Position numbers and translations under genes: made by a program
Assembly (NCBI GenBank): GCA_027007005.1
Contig: JALTFO010000048.1
Span: 3,342-67,341, forward strand
Direction: 5' to 3'
Length of the DNA: 64,000 nucleotides
From: Candidatus Bipolaricaulota bacterium
GTDB taxonomy: Bacteria > Bipolaricaulota > Bipolaricaulia > UBA7950 > UBA9294
The notes under the pieces: model-generated
What the model was told of the DNA's origin: nothing
Databases searched by the model: none
The model's input: only the letters and a program-made list of their open reading frames with translations
In this document: positions 38,182 through 47,644 of the stretch, one piece after another
Layout of the letters: every line of letters starts with the position of its first letter
Position numbering within the stretch: position 1 is the stretch's first letter

Positions 38182-41097
38182 TCACCTGCTTTCCACACGG
38201 AGCATCGCATCAGCCAGTAGTACCATGCGATCCTTCCCCACCAGAGGGAGCAGCATCCTGTAAATCTCGGCCTTGAGCTGACGGAGTTCTGCCGCATTCT
38301 CTCTATAGTTCGGGAATCGCTCAAAGATACCTTTCATCGTTGCCGCAATGCTATCCGATTCCGCCACCCCTTCCTTCTTGAGTACCCAGTAGAGGGAGAA
38401 CGTGGTTACATCGAACCCCATCTCCGATTGCTGACGGCGTGCCTCTACGATCTCTCGAATCACAAGCTCGATTCTCCGCAAGGAGTCTTCCGTCGTTATC
38501 TGGCGGTTATCGAAGGCTTCAAGGATTGCCTCGGCCCGGTCACCGATCGGCTTAAGGTATGGGCTTGAATCCTCCTCTTCGATGACGGCCCTTCGAATGC
38601 TGTTAACCAGGTTGATTACCTTCGCTTTGTCCGACCCACCAAAGTCCTTGATTGCCCGAAGTGTGTTCTCGTCGATCTTCACCGCGGGGAGTGTCATGTC
38701 AAGTCCGTAGCTCTCGGCCTTCTCCCTGACCAGTTGCCGGGTCTTGCGGGCGACATCGCTGTATAGGGTCGACCTTTTTCTGAAGGCATTTTGAATGATC
38801 CGATACAAGATAGAGAGAGAACCGAAATCGTCAATGGAGTCCCGCAGATCAGGCGAAGGCGAGAGGATCTCATAGAGCGTTTCGATCTGCTTGTAGAGGT
38901 GATAGAAGGCCTCCCGCTTGTCTTGATCGGTGAACGCCTCGATCGCTTCTTCAATCCCTCTATCGTCCAGCAATTCTCTGCTCAGGATGATGTATTCTCG
39001 TGCCGGACCCGCCATCATCTCCTTGAACTTATTCAGGAGAAGATCGAGATCCTCGATGACGCCACTGACAACATCGGAATCAAACGCCAGCGCTTTCTCA
39101 AGTTTCTCAAAGATCCCTATGAAATCGACTACGAGCCCGCAAGGCTTGCGGCTCTCTTGGCCCCATTCATAGGGACGATTGACCCGCGCGATGGCCTGGA
39201 GGAGCACATGATCCCGCATCGGCTTGTCGAGGTACATGCAGTAGAGAATGGGCGCATCGAAGCCGGTGAGGAGCTTGTCGGTGACGATGAAGATCTTCGG
39301 CAGCGTATCTGGCTTCGGAAACAGCTTACGCGCCTTCTTTTCCGCATCCGGGCTCACCTGATGACGATACACGAGAGGGTACTTCTCGCTGTCGTGCTGC
39401 GCGGATGTGTAAATCGGAAGGGAGTATTCAGGAGGGAGAACCTTGTCCAGCGCCTCCTTATACAGCGCGCAGGCCTCACGATCCACCGCCACCAAAAACG
39501 CCTTGTATCCAAGGGGTTCAATGTTCTCTTGAAAGTGTTTCGCCACGAATGCTGCAACCTTCTCGACTCGATCCCGCGACTTGAGGAACGTCTTCAGGCG
39601 CATCGCATGATCTAGGATCCTGTTCAACTCGTCTACGTCGCTGATCCCCTCGGCCTCCGCCAGATTCAGGAACTCCTCTTCAAGTTGTTGGCGTGGGACT
39701 CTGATCTCATTTGGCGCAAGGACGTATTTTAGTGGGACAGTCGTACCATCTTCGATCGACTCCACAATCGAATACTTGTCTAGATACCCTTGCTCATCTT
39801 CCTTGCCGAAGATCTTGAACGTTCCCTTGCCGTATGCCGTCTTGTCGATCGGCGTACCGGTGAACCCGATCAATGTGGCGTTCGGGAGGGCGCCAACGAG
39901 GTAATTGCCGAGATCGCCACCTGTTGTTCTGTGTGCTTCGTCAATTAGGACGAAGATGTTCTCACGGGTGTTGATGCCCTTCGGAATTCCGTCAAACTTG
40001 TGAATCATCGAAATAATCAACCCGCGAAAGTCCGAGGCAAGGAGTTCGCGCAGATGCTTCTTGCTAGTGGCCTGCTCGATCTTGATATCGTGCGAATGCA
40101 TTTCGCCAAGCAATCGCTCAACCCAACCTCCAAGCTGTCCCTCCAATTCATTCCGGTCGATCATTAGAATTACGGTGGCCTTACCAAACGTCCCTTTGTC
40201 CTGAAGGATCATCCGGGCCGCCGTGATCATGGTGAATGTCTTGCCTGACCCTTGAGTGTGCCAAATCAGGCCGGTTGCTTTCGCCTTGTCGGCGCATCGA
40301 TCGAGGATCTTCTCCACCGCCCGGGTTTGGTGTTGGCGCAGGATCGTCTTCTGCAGTTCATCTTCCTTGTAGAAGAAGAGGACCCATTCCTTGAGCATGG
40401 TCAAAAACCGCTGACGGTCGAAGAACCGTTTGACCTTGTTCTCGTAGTTCCCGGATTCCTCGTTTCGCCAGTTGAACAGGTTCTTCCGATCCAGGTTCCA
40501 CGTAGCCCCGTAGTAGAAATCGAGAAGGTTAGTGATGTCGAACACCTGCGGAGCGGTCAACATCTCAGGCGTCTCGTGGTGGTACTCCCGGATTTGAGTC
40601 ATCGGCTTTTCGATTCCCTTTGGTCTCTGTGCACTCTTAGTCTCTACGATAGCGACCGGAATCCCATTGATCAGGAACATCACATCTGCTCGGTTGGTCT
40701 CCTGGCCATTCGTGTACTGCCACTCGTCGGTTACGTGGAAGACGTTGCGCTCAGAATTGGCGAAGTCGACCAGTATCACATTCCGCTCCCGCTTCTCGTT
40801 TTGGTCATAGATGCTCTTCTCTCCACGGAGCCACGCGAGGATCTCCGCGTTCCCCTCAATCGTATTAGGGACGGACTCGATACTGCGGACGATCGCATCG
40901 ACGTTTTCGACCGTGATTAGTTGTGGATTTAGCTCAATGAGCCTCTCTTCTAGTACACGCCTGAACAGCATTCCTCCTACGCCTTTCCGCAACGAAAGAG
41001 CTTCCGACGTAGGGACATACGTCCAACCGATCTCCTCCGCGTAGCGGATGAGGGGGTTCTGAACCGTATCGTTTTCTGTTCCTGGGTGGGTTGCCAT
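38182..41097 (-). CDS. hsdR: Type I restriction endonuclease subunit R
   Basis: ADVMFLINGIPVAIVETK nuclease motif; HTQGSGKT, DEAH, GFTGTP, LLTGFDAP and QAIARVNR; RBS GAGGAG before ATG 41097. Confidence 0.95.
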   Translation of the reverse strand: MATHPGTENDTVQNPLIRYAEEIGWTYVPTSEALSLRKGVGGMLFRRVLEERLIELNPQLITVENVDAIVRSIESVPNTIEGNAEILAWLRGEKSIYDQNEKRERNVILVDFANSERNVFHVTDEWQYTNGQETNRADVMFLINGIPVAIVETKSAQRPKGIEKPMTQIREYHHETPEMLTAPQVFDITNLLDFYYGATWNLDRKNLFNWRNEESGNYENKVKRFFDRQRFLTMLKEWVLFFYKEDELQKTILRQHQTRAVEKILDRCADKAKATGLIWHTQGSGKTFTMITAARMILQDKGTFGKATVILMIDRNELEGQLGGWVERLLGEMHSHDIKIEQATSKKHLRELLASDFRGLIISMIHKFDGIPKGINTRENIFVLIDEAHRTTGGDLGNYLVGALPNATLIGFTGTPIDKTAYGKGTFKIFGKEDEQGYLDKYSIVESIEDGTTVPLKYVLAPNEIRVPRQQLEEEFLNLAEAEGISDVDELNRILDHAMRLKTFLKSRDRVEKVAAFVAKHFQENIEPLGYKAFLVAVDREACALYKEALDKVLPPEYSLPIYTSAQHDSEKYPLVYRHQVSPDAEKKARKLFPKPDTLPKIFIVTDKLLTGFDAPILYCMYLDKPMRDHVLLQAIARVNRPYEWGQESRKPCGLVVDFIGIFEKLEKALAFDSDVVSGVIEDLDLLLNKFKEMMAGPAREYIILSRELLDDRGIEEAIEAFTDQDKREAFYHLYKQIETLYEILSPSPDLRDSIDDFGSLSILYRIIQNAFRKRSTLYSDVARKTRQLVREKAESYGLDMTLPAVKIDENTLRAIKDFGGSDKAKVINLVNSIRRAVIEEEDSSPYLKPIGDRAEAILEAFDNRQITTEDSLRRIELVIREIVEARRQQSEMGFDVTTFSLYWVLKKEGVAESDSIAATMKGIFERFPNYRENAAELRQLKAEIYRMLLPLVGKDRMVLLADAMLRVESR

Positions 41098-41116
41098 TGT
41101 CTCCTCTTTTGCATAC

Positions 41117-41575
41117 CTAATCGTTATACCCCTTGTCTTTGTTGTCCATAGGGTGCTCCTGGTTGCTGCCACACCACTTACCTGTGGCAAGCCAGATTTC
41201 GTAGTGCAACAACCAAAGGGACGTCCACGGCACAATTGTTCTGGCAATGGGCATTGTGGAATCCCATTCGTTGTACTTGTATCGGAACAAGCACAGTTCC
41301 TTGGCGGAAAACACGTGAGGAATCCTGCTGCCATTCCTGGATACAATCTCGGGCGAAACTACCGACACCACCGGTCTCTGTTTCAAGCGGTATTTGATCT
41401 TCACAGTGTATTTCTCACTCAATGGACTTGGCTTCAATTGACCTACCCATGTTAGTACGATATGCTTATTGAACGTGACGTCTGAGTCTGGAAATACACG
41501 TTTCAACCCCGCTGCTTGCACAGCAAGTGGCAGTGTCTTCAGTCTTTTTCGCAGGTATGACTTCTTATTTCCCAT
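41117..41575 (-). CDS. Prokaryotic E2-like protein of short type II CBASS
   Basis: IPHVF...LCLF...EW...TIVPWTSLWLLHYEIWLATGKWCG pattern; overlaps CD-NTase stop. Confidence 0.72.
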   Translation of the reverse strand: MGNKKSYLRKRLKTLPLAVQAAGLKRVFPDSDVTFNKHIVLTWVGQLKPSPLSEKYTVKIKYRLKQRPVVSVVSPEIVSRNGSRIPHVFSAKELCLFRYKYNEWDSTMPIARTIVPWTSLWLLHYEIWLATGKWCGSNQEHPMDNKDKGYND

Positions 41576-42737
41576 ACCAAGTGTTCGGTTTTACTGTGGC
41601 TCCGACAGTTCCTAAGAGACCAGTCTTCGGGGCCATCCGCAGCTGACCGTCCCGTTGTTGCTTATCCATAACGTTTCCGTATTTCTCGAAAGCGTGCCTA
41701 GCAATTTCTGCTCCTAGCGCGAGAGACAGACTATCCGAGATCTTTTGCAGACCAGTCTCCTTGATCGCGCTTGAGAAGTCTGTCTCAACTTGCTGGAGCC
41801 ATTCAAAGAAACGCTTGGCTCTCTGAGATTCTTTTTTCCACTTGTCAGCAAAGTTCTCCTTTGGGTTAATCGGGTTTGGCACCCAGTATTCGCCATTTCT
41901 GGTCTTGATACCGTCACGTAGCTTTGCCGTTAGGGCTATCAACGCCTCAAGGATGTCGGTTTCGCCGTTGTATGCGTTTGCAGCAAGCGTTGTGGTGATT
42001 ATGGAAATTGGTTTATCGTCGCGATTCCCTTGATAGTGTACGTCGCGATGGCGTTTCAAGATCTGAATAGCTCTTCGAAGAGGAGTAGGCACGCGCTCTA
42101 GGGGAATCTCTTCTACGTGAACCTCCACAGCCTTTGCCATCATTTCTCGGCGTTCCAACAGCAGCGTCTTTTGCTGATCGTTGAACCAGTTGGCGTACCC
42201 TTTGGGGTTACTGTGTTGCCACTTCGGGAGTTCCGTATCTGTGATGATAAGTGCATCATCGAGATCCCGGAGGTTGTACTCAGCAGCCTTATCGTCTGGG
42301 AGCGCAGGCAGGACGTCCATATGGAACTGCCCCTTGTAGTCCAGTGTCCAACATCGGCGACCAGGAACAAGCTCTGGAACTTCACTACCCTCGGCAGCTA
42401 GACGTTGAAGATAGCGCTTCAGCTGGTCCTCTAAGTCAGCTTTCAATTCTTCCTGAGCCGTGCTCTCTTTCTGAATCTCGCGACGATAGACAAGGTCTAC
42501 GTCGTATGCATCTTCATCTTTTACGGGCCGAACAGCGGTACCTAGTCTCAGAGACCCCTGAGGATAGATCTCCGCATCAGACTGGTAGTGTTCGAGATGG
42601 TCTTCCTTCAACCAGTCACCCAGATCCATGTACTTTCTTCGGACCTCTCGATAGACATCCTCAGGAATATCGAGTTCCTCCCCAACATAACCAATGATGT
42701 CCGCTAACTGCATTCCTTTCTGCTGATCAACATCCAT
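41565..42737 (-). CDS. CD-NTase (cGAS/DncV-like cyclase), probably clade G
   Basis: YPQGSLRLGTAVRP..YDVDLV, FHMDVLPA, SNPKGY, LKRHRD, PISIIITT and NPINPKENFADKW motifs; ends NTWYGK. Confidence 0.9.
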   Translation of the reverse strand: MDVDQQKGMQLADIIGYVGEELDIPEDVYREVRRKYMDLGDWLKEDHLEHYQSDAEIYPQGSLRLGTAVRPVKDEDAYDVDLVYRREIQKESTAQEELKADLEDQLKRYLQRLAAEGSEVPELVPGRRCWTLDYKGQFHMDVLPALPDDKAAEYNLRDLDDALIITDTELPKWQHSNPKGYANWFNDQQKTLLLERREMMAKAVEVHVEEIPLERVPTPLRRAIQILKRHRDVHYQGNRDDKPISIITTTLAANAYNGETDILEALIALTAKLRDGIKTRNGEYWVPNPINPKENFADKWKKESQRAKRFFEWLQQVETDFSSAIKETGLQKISDSLSLALGAEIARHAFEKYGNVMDKQQRDGQLRMAPKTGLLGTVGATVKPNTWYGK

Positions 42738-42750
42738 TTTCCTACCCCCT

Positions 42751-43728
42751 CTACTTATCATTTTCCTGGTCTGTTTCATCCGTCAAGGTATAGATGGGCT
42801 CGTATGGCGATGCCTTATGACTCAGAAACATGTTACTAACCTCATTCACGGCGTTCCGCGCTTCCGTTCTTCCTATGCCTTCCAGTTCGAGGGACATCTT
42901 GTCGAGCGCATAGTGCCCGCCCAGAATGGGATTGATTCGGAGGAAGCGTTCCTTCCCGAGAATGTGAAGGCACTGATTCTCAGCAGCACAGCTTTGACCA
43001 GCCATCATGAACTCCAGCACCTTGCTCCGCCATGTCCACAGTCCTCCGGTGATGTGCTTACTCATTGAGGTAATGGCTTGCCGAGTCGTACCGATACTGA
43101 ACATCGCTATTGACCCTTGACTTTGGTTTAAGTAACCAAGCGCCTCAGCTAGAGCCACCATTGAAGGGTTGTTTGCCCACACGCCGCCGTCGATGAGGCG
43201 TACACCTGTGTCACTTATCGATGCAGGGAAGTACGTTGGCGCGGACGCGGTTGCGAGAGCAATGTTCATTGCCAGCTCCTTGTAGTCCGTCTTGAGTCGC
43301 TCGTGATGAGGAGTCTTGTATAAATGGACATCACCCCTGACGGAGTCATAAGAGGGAATGATCAAACGCTTTGTGCTTTCGCCGAGCCGTCTGTCTCCGA
43401 AGTAGTCCTGAAGAGCTTGGCGAAGGGGCTCTGCCGGGTACTTGCGCCGAAAGACCCACTTCACGCTGCCTAGAGCCCGAGTCCATCGACTCTGTGCCGG
43501 GAAGATGTCCTTGCCTCGTTCCTTGTAGAAGCCCAATATCTCCTTGGGGCTGAAGCCTAGTCCCAGAGCTATTGCTATGATACCCCCTGCAGAGGTGCCG
43601 GCGATCAGATCAAAATGGTCCACGATCCTCTTGCGTGTATTTTCTTCCAGTGCAGCCAGGAAGGAAGCCGTGAATATCCCCTTCAGTCCGCCGCCATCGA
43701 GAGAGAGAATTTGAAAGCGCTCGGTCAT
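42751..43728 (-). CDS. capV: Patatin-like phospholipase CBASS effector
   Basis: DGGGLKG, GTSAG, SAPTYF and DGGVWANNP motifs; adjacent to CD-NTase. Confidence 0.88.
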   Translation of the reverse strand: MTERFQILSLDGGGLKGIFTASFLAALEENTRKRIVDHFDLIAGTSAGGIIAIALGLGFSPKEILGFYKERGKDIFPAQSRWTRALGSVKWVFRRKYPAEPLRQALQDYFGDRRLGESTKRLIIPSYDSVRGDVHLYKTPHHERLKTDYKELAMNIALATASAPTYFPASISDTGVRLIDGGVWANNPSMVALAEALGYLNQSQGSIAMFSIGTTRQAITSMSKHITGGLWTWRSKVLEFMMAGQSCAAENQCLHILGKERFLRINPILGGHYALDKMSLELEGIGRTEARNAVNEVSNMFLSHKASPYEPIYTLTDETDQENDK

Positions 43729-44993
43729 AATTCCACCTCGCTCACATCGATGTCGAGATCAACTGTGCGAATCTCACCGGTCATCAGCTTGTCCAACGTC
43801 GTTTTGAAGAGGTCTTGAAGACCGGATTTCTTGGATTCGTGGAAACTTAGCTTTGCATCGACTGTGTCCAAGGAGCAGGCGATCTCCTCCTGTTCTTTCT
43901 TTGTGCTTGGGACAGGGAATTCCAGCGGATCCACATTCTTCTTGTTGAGCTGTGGTGTTGGACCCAGGTCCTGCAACATCGTGAGGTCGAAAGTCAGGAA
44001 CCAATAGTAAAGGTAAGGTAGTACGATCGAATCATTGGGGACCACAGCAATCAGGTTTGGATCGAGCAGCGTCCATTGCGTCGTTACGCGTTTCTTGTTT
44101 GTCGCGATTGCAGCTCCCCTCTTTGGGAAGATAACCGAGTTAGGTGGCACAGCCTTCTTTTGAGCGACCACCTTTGGTAGCCTGATTTCGATGTTTGAAC
44201 AGAGGATGTCGCGATCATTGCCGGCAAGATTCATGTCCGAGACCTTGATCGCATGAACCAAAACATCTTCTTTGCTTCCAGTATTCCTCGCTTCCAGATC
44301 ACGAAATGCGACTGTTGAGCTCCGGACCTGGGAACAGGACCGAATAGTTATGACCTTCCAACTCTCCGGAATCTCGCCGATCTCGGTCATCTTTGTCTTT
44401 TCGCCACGGGTGCCGTGGGTGAAGAGGTACTGCATAGTAGATTTCTTGAGGTCACGGAGTGACTGAATGATATTCTCCTGCATCTCAACTGCCTGTTGGA
44501 TCTTCAACAATACCGCTGCGATCCTCTTTTGTTCCAAAAGTGGGGGAAGAGCGATCTCCTGTTTTAGGACATCTTTGTCGGTAACAGCAGGATAGCTCGC
44601 ACCGTGCTGTGAGTCAGCGATAGCCTTGTTTATTCCATCTGAGAGGAGAAGGAAGTACAGAAATTCAGGCACTGCCATCTTCCTGTTGGCACGGACAACG
44701 CAGAATGCAGTGGATGCGATGTGATCATCGTATTCTGGAGGGACTAGCGCTATTCTCTGGAGTGTCGGTCGAATGGTTGCATAGAGCACATCTCTCGCAT
44801 GAACGATCTTCCTTGCCCTCCCAGGCGCGGTCGTTCCAGTCACTACTTGCGGAGAAGTGATCTTGAAAAGATCGTTTGATACAGCCGAGACATCGATATA
44901 GTAGAAATTGCCCCGTGGCTCTGACCGCGGCTTCCACTGGCTCGTCTTCAGACAGGCGTTCCTCAATGCCATGTTTTTCCACTCGTTCTTCAT
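43725..44993 (-). CDS. hsdS: Type I RM specificity subunit
   Basis: Two TRDs, each followed by a conserved helix (LPPLLEQKRIA; VPSTKKEQEEIA); central IGEIPESW; ends KLMTGEIR. Confidence 0.9.
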   Translation of the reverse strand: MKNEWKNMALRNACLKTSQWKPRSEPRGNFYYIDVSAVSNDLFKITSPQVVTGTTAPGRARKIVHARDVLYATIRPTLQRIALVPPEYDDHIASTAFCVVRANRKMAVPEFLYFLLLSDGINKAIADSQHGASYPAVTDKDVLKQEIALPPLLEQKRIAAVLLKIQQAVEMQENIIQSLRDLKKSTMQYLFTHGTRGEKTKMTEIGEIPESWKVITIRSCSQVRSSTVAFRDLEARNTGSKEDVLVHAIKVSDMNLAGNDRDILCSNIEIRLPKVVAQKKAVPPNSVIFPKRGAAIATNKKRVTTQWTLLDPNLIAVVPNDSIVLPYLYYWFLTFDLTMLQDLGPTPQLNKKNVDPLEFPVPSTKKEQEEIACSLDTVDAKLSFHESKKSGLQDLFKTTLDKLMTGEIRTVDLDIDVSEVEL

Positions 44994-45027
44994 CTTCTCA
45001 AATCTCTCTGTGCCCTCCGCAATTTCA

Positions 45028-45654
45028 TCACGGCTTCTTCCTTCGATAGTCGTTCGGATCGATACAGGTATCATAGGTGGCGCGATCGACGCGAATCCAA
45101 TCTGTTCTGTTGATGCCACGGCGATTGCGGGATGTCGGACTGAACGGAAAAGCGCATCCCACTTTGATCCAACGATCATCTCTCCGAGCGATCTTCCGGA
45201 TTTCGTCGGCCACTTCGCTCAGGTCCTGATCCTGGCTGAAGATCACGGCAACGTCATACTGGTTCTCCAAGGCACCGCGCACCACATCAAGGGCAAGGCG
45301 AATGTCAATTCCTTTCTCTCTGCCGACCAATGCTGTTGTTAGTGTGCCGTCAGAGGCTTTTATTGACTGGTTTGAGTAGCGTAAAGGGCGGGAATAGGTG
45401 TGGATATTGCGCGTTCCCATAGCGGAGAGCTTGGCAACCCAAAAATGATTCCGTTTTGGATCAATATCCGGATTAGGAATCCCGGTATAGAAGCAAATAC
45501 CGGTCAAGTCCCAGCTCTGCTGAACACAGATGGTCTCGGCTAGTTGTCGGATGTTGTAGTTCGGATAGGGATAACCGAACGCTTCCTTGACGGCGTTAAA
45601 CAAGTTCTGTCCATCAATGTAAGCGATTGTGCGTTTGGAGGTGGGCTCTTTCAT
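45028..45654 (-). CDS. NYN-domain (PIN-like, LabA/DUF88) RNase
   Basis: YIDGQNL, EKGIDIRLALD and SQDQDL acidic motifs; RBS AGGAGG. Confidence 0.88.
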   Translation of the reverse strand: MKEPTSKRTIAYIDGQNLFNAVKEAFGYPYPNYNIRQLAETICVQQSWDLTGICFYTGIPNPDIDPKRNHFWVAKLSAMGTRNIHTYSRPLRYSNQSIKASDGTLTTALVGREKGIDIRLALDVVRGALENQYDVAVIFSQDQDLSEVADEIRKIARRDDRWIKVGCAFPFSPTSRNRRGINRTDWIRVDRATYDTCIDPNDYRRKKP

Positions 45655-45671
45655 AGCTCCACCTCCTGCGA

Positions 45672-45725
45672 ACAAAGAATAACCCCGCCAGAGGTCCGAA
45701 AACTGATCCAGCGGGGAGCAATTAC
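45672..45725 (-). ncRNA. Putative short structured leader/sRNA ending in an intrinsic terminator, upstream of NYN
   Basis: CCCCGCTGGA-TCAG-TTTT-CGGA-CC-TCTGGCGGGG followed by TTATTCTTT, directly downstream of a consensus promoter. Confidence 0.45.
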
Positions 45726-45731
45726 ATCGCT

Positions 45732-45760
45732 ATAATACAACGAGACGTCACAGGTGTCAA
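45732..45760 (-). promoter_or_regulatory. Internal sigma70 promoter between hsdM and NYN
   Basis: TTGACA(45760-55)-N17-TATTAT(45737-32). Confidence 0.7.
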
Positions 45761-45778
45761 CAGCCAAAGTCCATTGTC

Positions 45779-47620
45779 TCATTCCGTTTCCTCTCCGAAA
45801 CCAAGCTTGTTGAAGACTTTTCGCAGTTCGACATCGATCTCCTCGGCTTTCTTCTCAAGACCATCAGGACCCCAAAGCTCATCTAGAATCTCGGGAATTG
45901 GCCGGTAAACCTCCTTCTCGCTTGTGTCCACGTAGCCTGAGGGAGAGAGGTTGTAGTCGTTCTCCGCTGCCTCTTCGTTAGTGATGACCTTGACAAACCG
46001 TTCGATGTCCTGCCCTTTGATGAATCCCTGAACGATCTTTTGAATATTCTCGTCGGGGATGTAGTTCTTCGGACGTCCCTTCTTAAATTCGCGGCTTGCG
46101 TTCACGAGCACAATCTTATCTTTACGCTGCGGAAGCTTGTTCCGATTGAGCAGGATGATGATCCCAGCGGCGCTAGTGTTGTAGAATAGGTTGTCCGGCA
46201 GAAGAATGACGCCCTCAATGAGGTCATGGTCGACGAACCATTTACGGATAATCTTCTCCTTATCCTCGTTCTGGCTTCCGCTCCCCCTAGTGACAGCCCC
46301 AGTGTCCAAGACAACAGCCGCTCGTCCCGTAGGCTTGAGCGAGGCGAGAGTATGCTGAATCCAGGCCCAGTCTGCTTTGCCAGATGTTATTCCACCATGT
46401 TCCTCAAACCGTCCGAATTCATCACTCTCGTAGATCGCTCGATTGTAGGCTTGGTTCCACATGGGATTCGCAACGACGATGTCAAACTTTCTGAGGCTTG
46501 TGTCTGAATCCCGAAACTTCGGGTTGGTCATCGAATTGCCGCGCACGATCTTGCCTTCCATGTCGTGAATGACCATATTCATCCGAGCGATGGCGTAGCT
46601 TGAACCGTTTATCTCTTGCCCGTAAAGCTTAAGCGGGCGATTGACCTTCAGCTCGCGTTCCTGAAGGGCCAGTTCGCACTTGATCAATAATCCTGCCGAC
46701 CCACACGCATAGTCATATACTTCTTCACCCTGAGCCGGCCGAACCATATGGGCCATGAGCCAACCGACTTCGGTTGGCGTGAAAAATTCACCGGCGCTCT
46801 GTCCCTGCCCTTCGGCAAACTTTCGGAGCAGGTACTCATAACAGCGTCCGAGGAAGTCCGGCTCCACGTCGTAGAGCCCGAGTCGGTAGCGGGGATCAGA
46901 GAGTGCCTCCATCACCCCTGCCAGTGCCGAGTCGCTGATCTCTCGCTCCCCAGTGCGGGTTTCGTTGAAGTCTACGGTGTCGATGACCCCGCTGAGATCT
47001 TTGGAACGATCCCCGGCGTTGGCTTTAACGATGGCTCTCATCGTGAGGGTGAGCTGCTCGCCAAGTGTCTTCGGCCTCTGTCCTTCGTGCCAATCAAATA
47101 CCTCCCGGCCGCTGACAACCGGCCACCGCGCCTCGGGCGGAATGTAGAACCGCACCAGGCTCTTGTCGGCTTCAATGATCTCGAGAGCCGTCTCACGGTC
47201 GCCGTATGTCTCGGCAAGGCGTTCGACTTCATCCTCAAAGACATCCGAGAGGCGTTTGACGAAAAGAAGAGGCAGGATGTAGTCCTTGAACTTAGGGGCA
47301 TCCTTCTCGCCCCGGATCGAGCAGGCGGCACTCCAGAGCATCTGCTCCATCAACTTCGTGGTGAGCACATCTTTTCTCAAGACCCTGTGACGACGCTTGG
47401 GGATACCAAGATCGAGAGCTGGTCTCCGTTCTTTAAGGCCAACATCTGCAACAAGCTCGCTGATCGCCTGCTTGGCCCTGCCTCGTGGTGTAGTTCGCCC
47501 GTTCTCCCAGCGATTCAATGTGGAGAAAGCTACGCCAAGCCTAGCGGCAAGTTCTTCCTGGCTTAGCTCAAGCTTATCTCTTAATTGTTTTAGAATCTCA
47601 GGGATGTCTCTATCGTCCAT
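45779..47620 (-). CDS. hsdM: Type I RM methyltransferase with N-terminal XRE HTH fusion
   Basis: LSQEELAARLGVAFSTLNRWENG HTH; then LWSAAC, GEFFTP, DYACGSAG, YGQE, ANPMW and NLFYNT. Confidence 0.93.
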   Translation of the reverse strand: MDDRDIPEILKQLRDKLELSQEELAARLGVAFSTLNRWENGRTTPRGRAKQAISELVADVGLKERRPALDLGIPKRRHRVLRKDVLTTKLMEQMLWSAACSIRGEKDAPKFKDYILPLLFVKRLSDVFEDEVERLAETYGDRETALEIIEADKSLVRFYIPPEARWPVVSGREVFDWHEGQRPKTLGEQLTLTMRAIVKANAGDRSKDLSGVIDTVDFNETRTGEREISDSALAGVMEALSDPRYRLGLYDVEPDFLGRCYEYLLRKFAEGQGQSAGEFFTPTEVGWLMAHMVRPAQGEEVYDYACGSAGLLIKCELALQERELKVNRPLKLYGQEINGSSYAIARMNMVIHDMEGKIVRGNSMTNPKFRDSDTSLRKFDIVVANPMWNQAYNRAIYESDEFGRFEEHGGITSGKADWAWIQHTLASLKPTGRAAVVLDTGAVTRGSGSQNEDKEKIIRKWFVDHDLIEGVILLPDNLFYNTSAAGIIILLNRNKLPQRKDKIVLVNASREFKKGRPKNYIPDENIQKIVQGFIKGQDIERFVKVITNEEAAENDYNLSPSGYVDTSEKEVYRPIPEILDELWGPDGLEKKAEEIDVELRKVFNKLGFGEETE

Positions 47621-47644
47621 GATCTCCTTTGGAACATAACGCTA

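Noticed and set aside
41098-41346. 83-aa N-terminal extension of HsdR in the ORF track
   Set aside because: Overlaps the E2 gene in another frame; a good RBS supports ATG 41097.
44994-45179. N-terminal extension of HsdS in the ORF track
   Set aside because: Overlaps the NYN 3' end; HsdS similarity begins at MKNEWK (44993).
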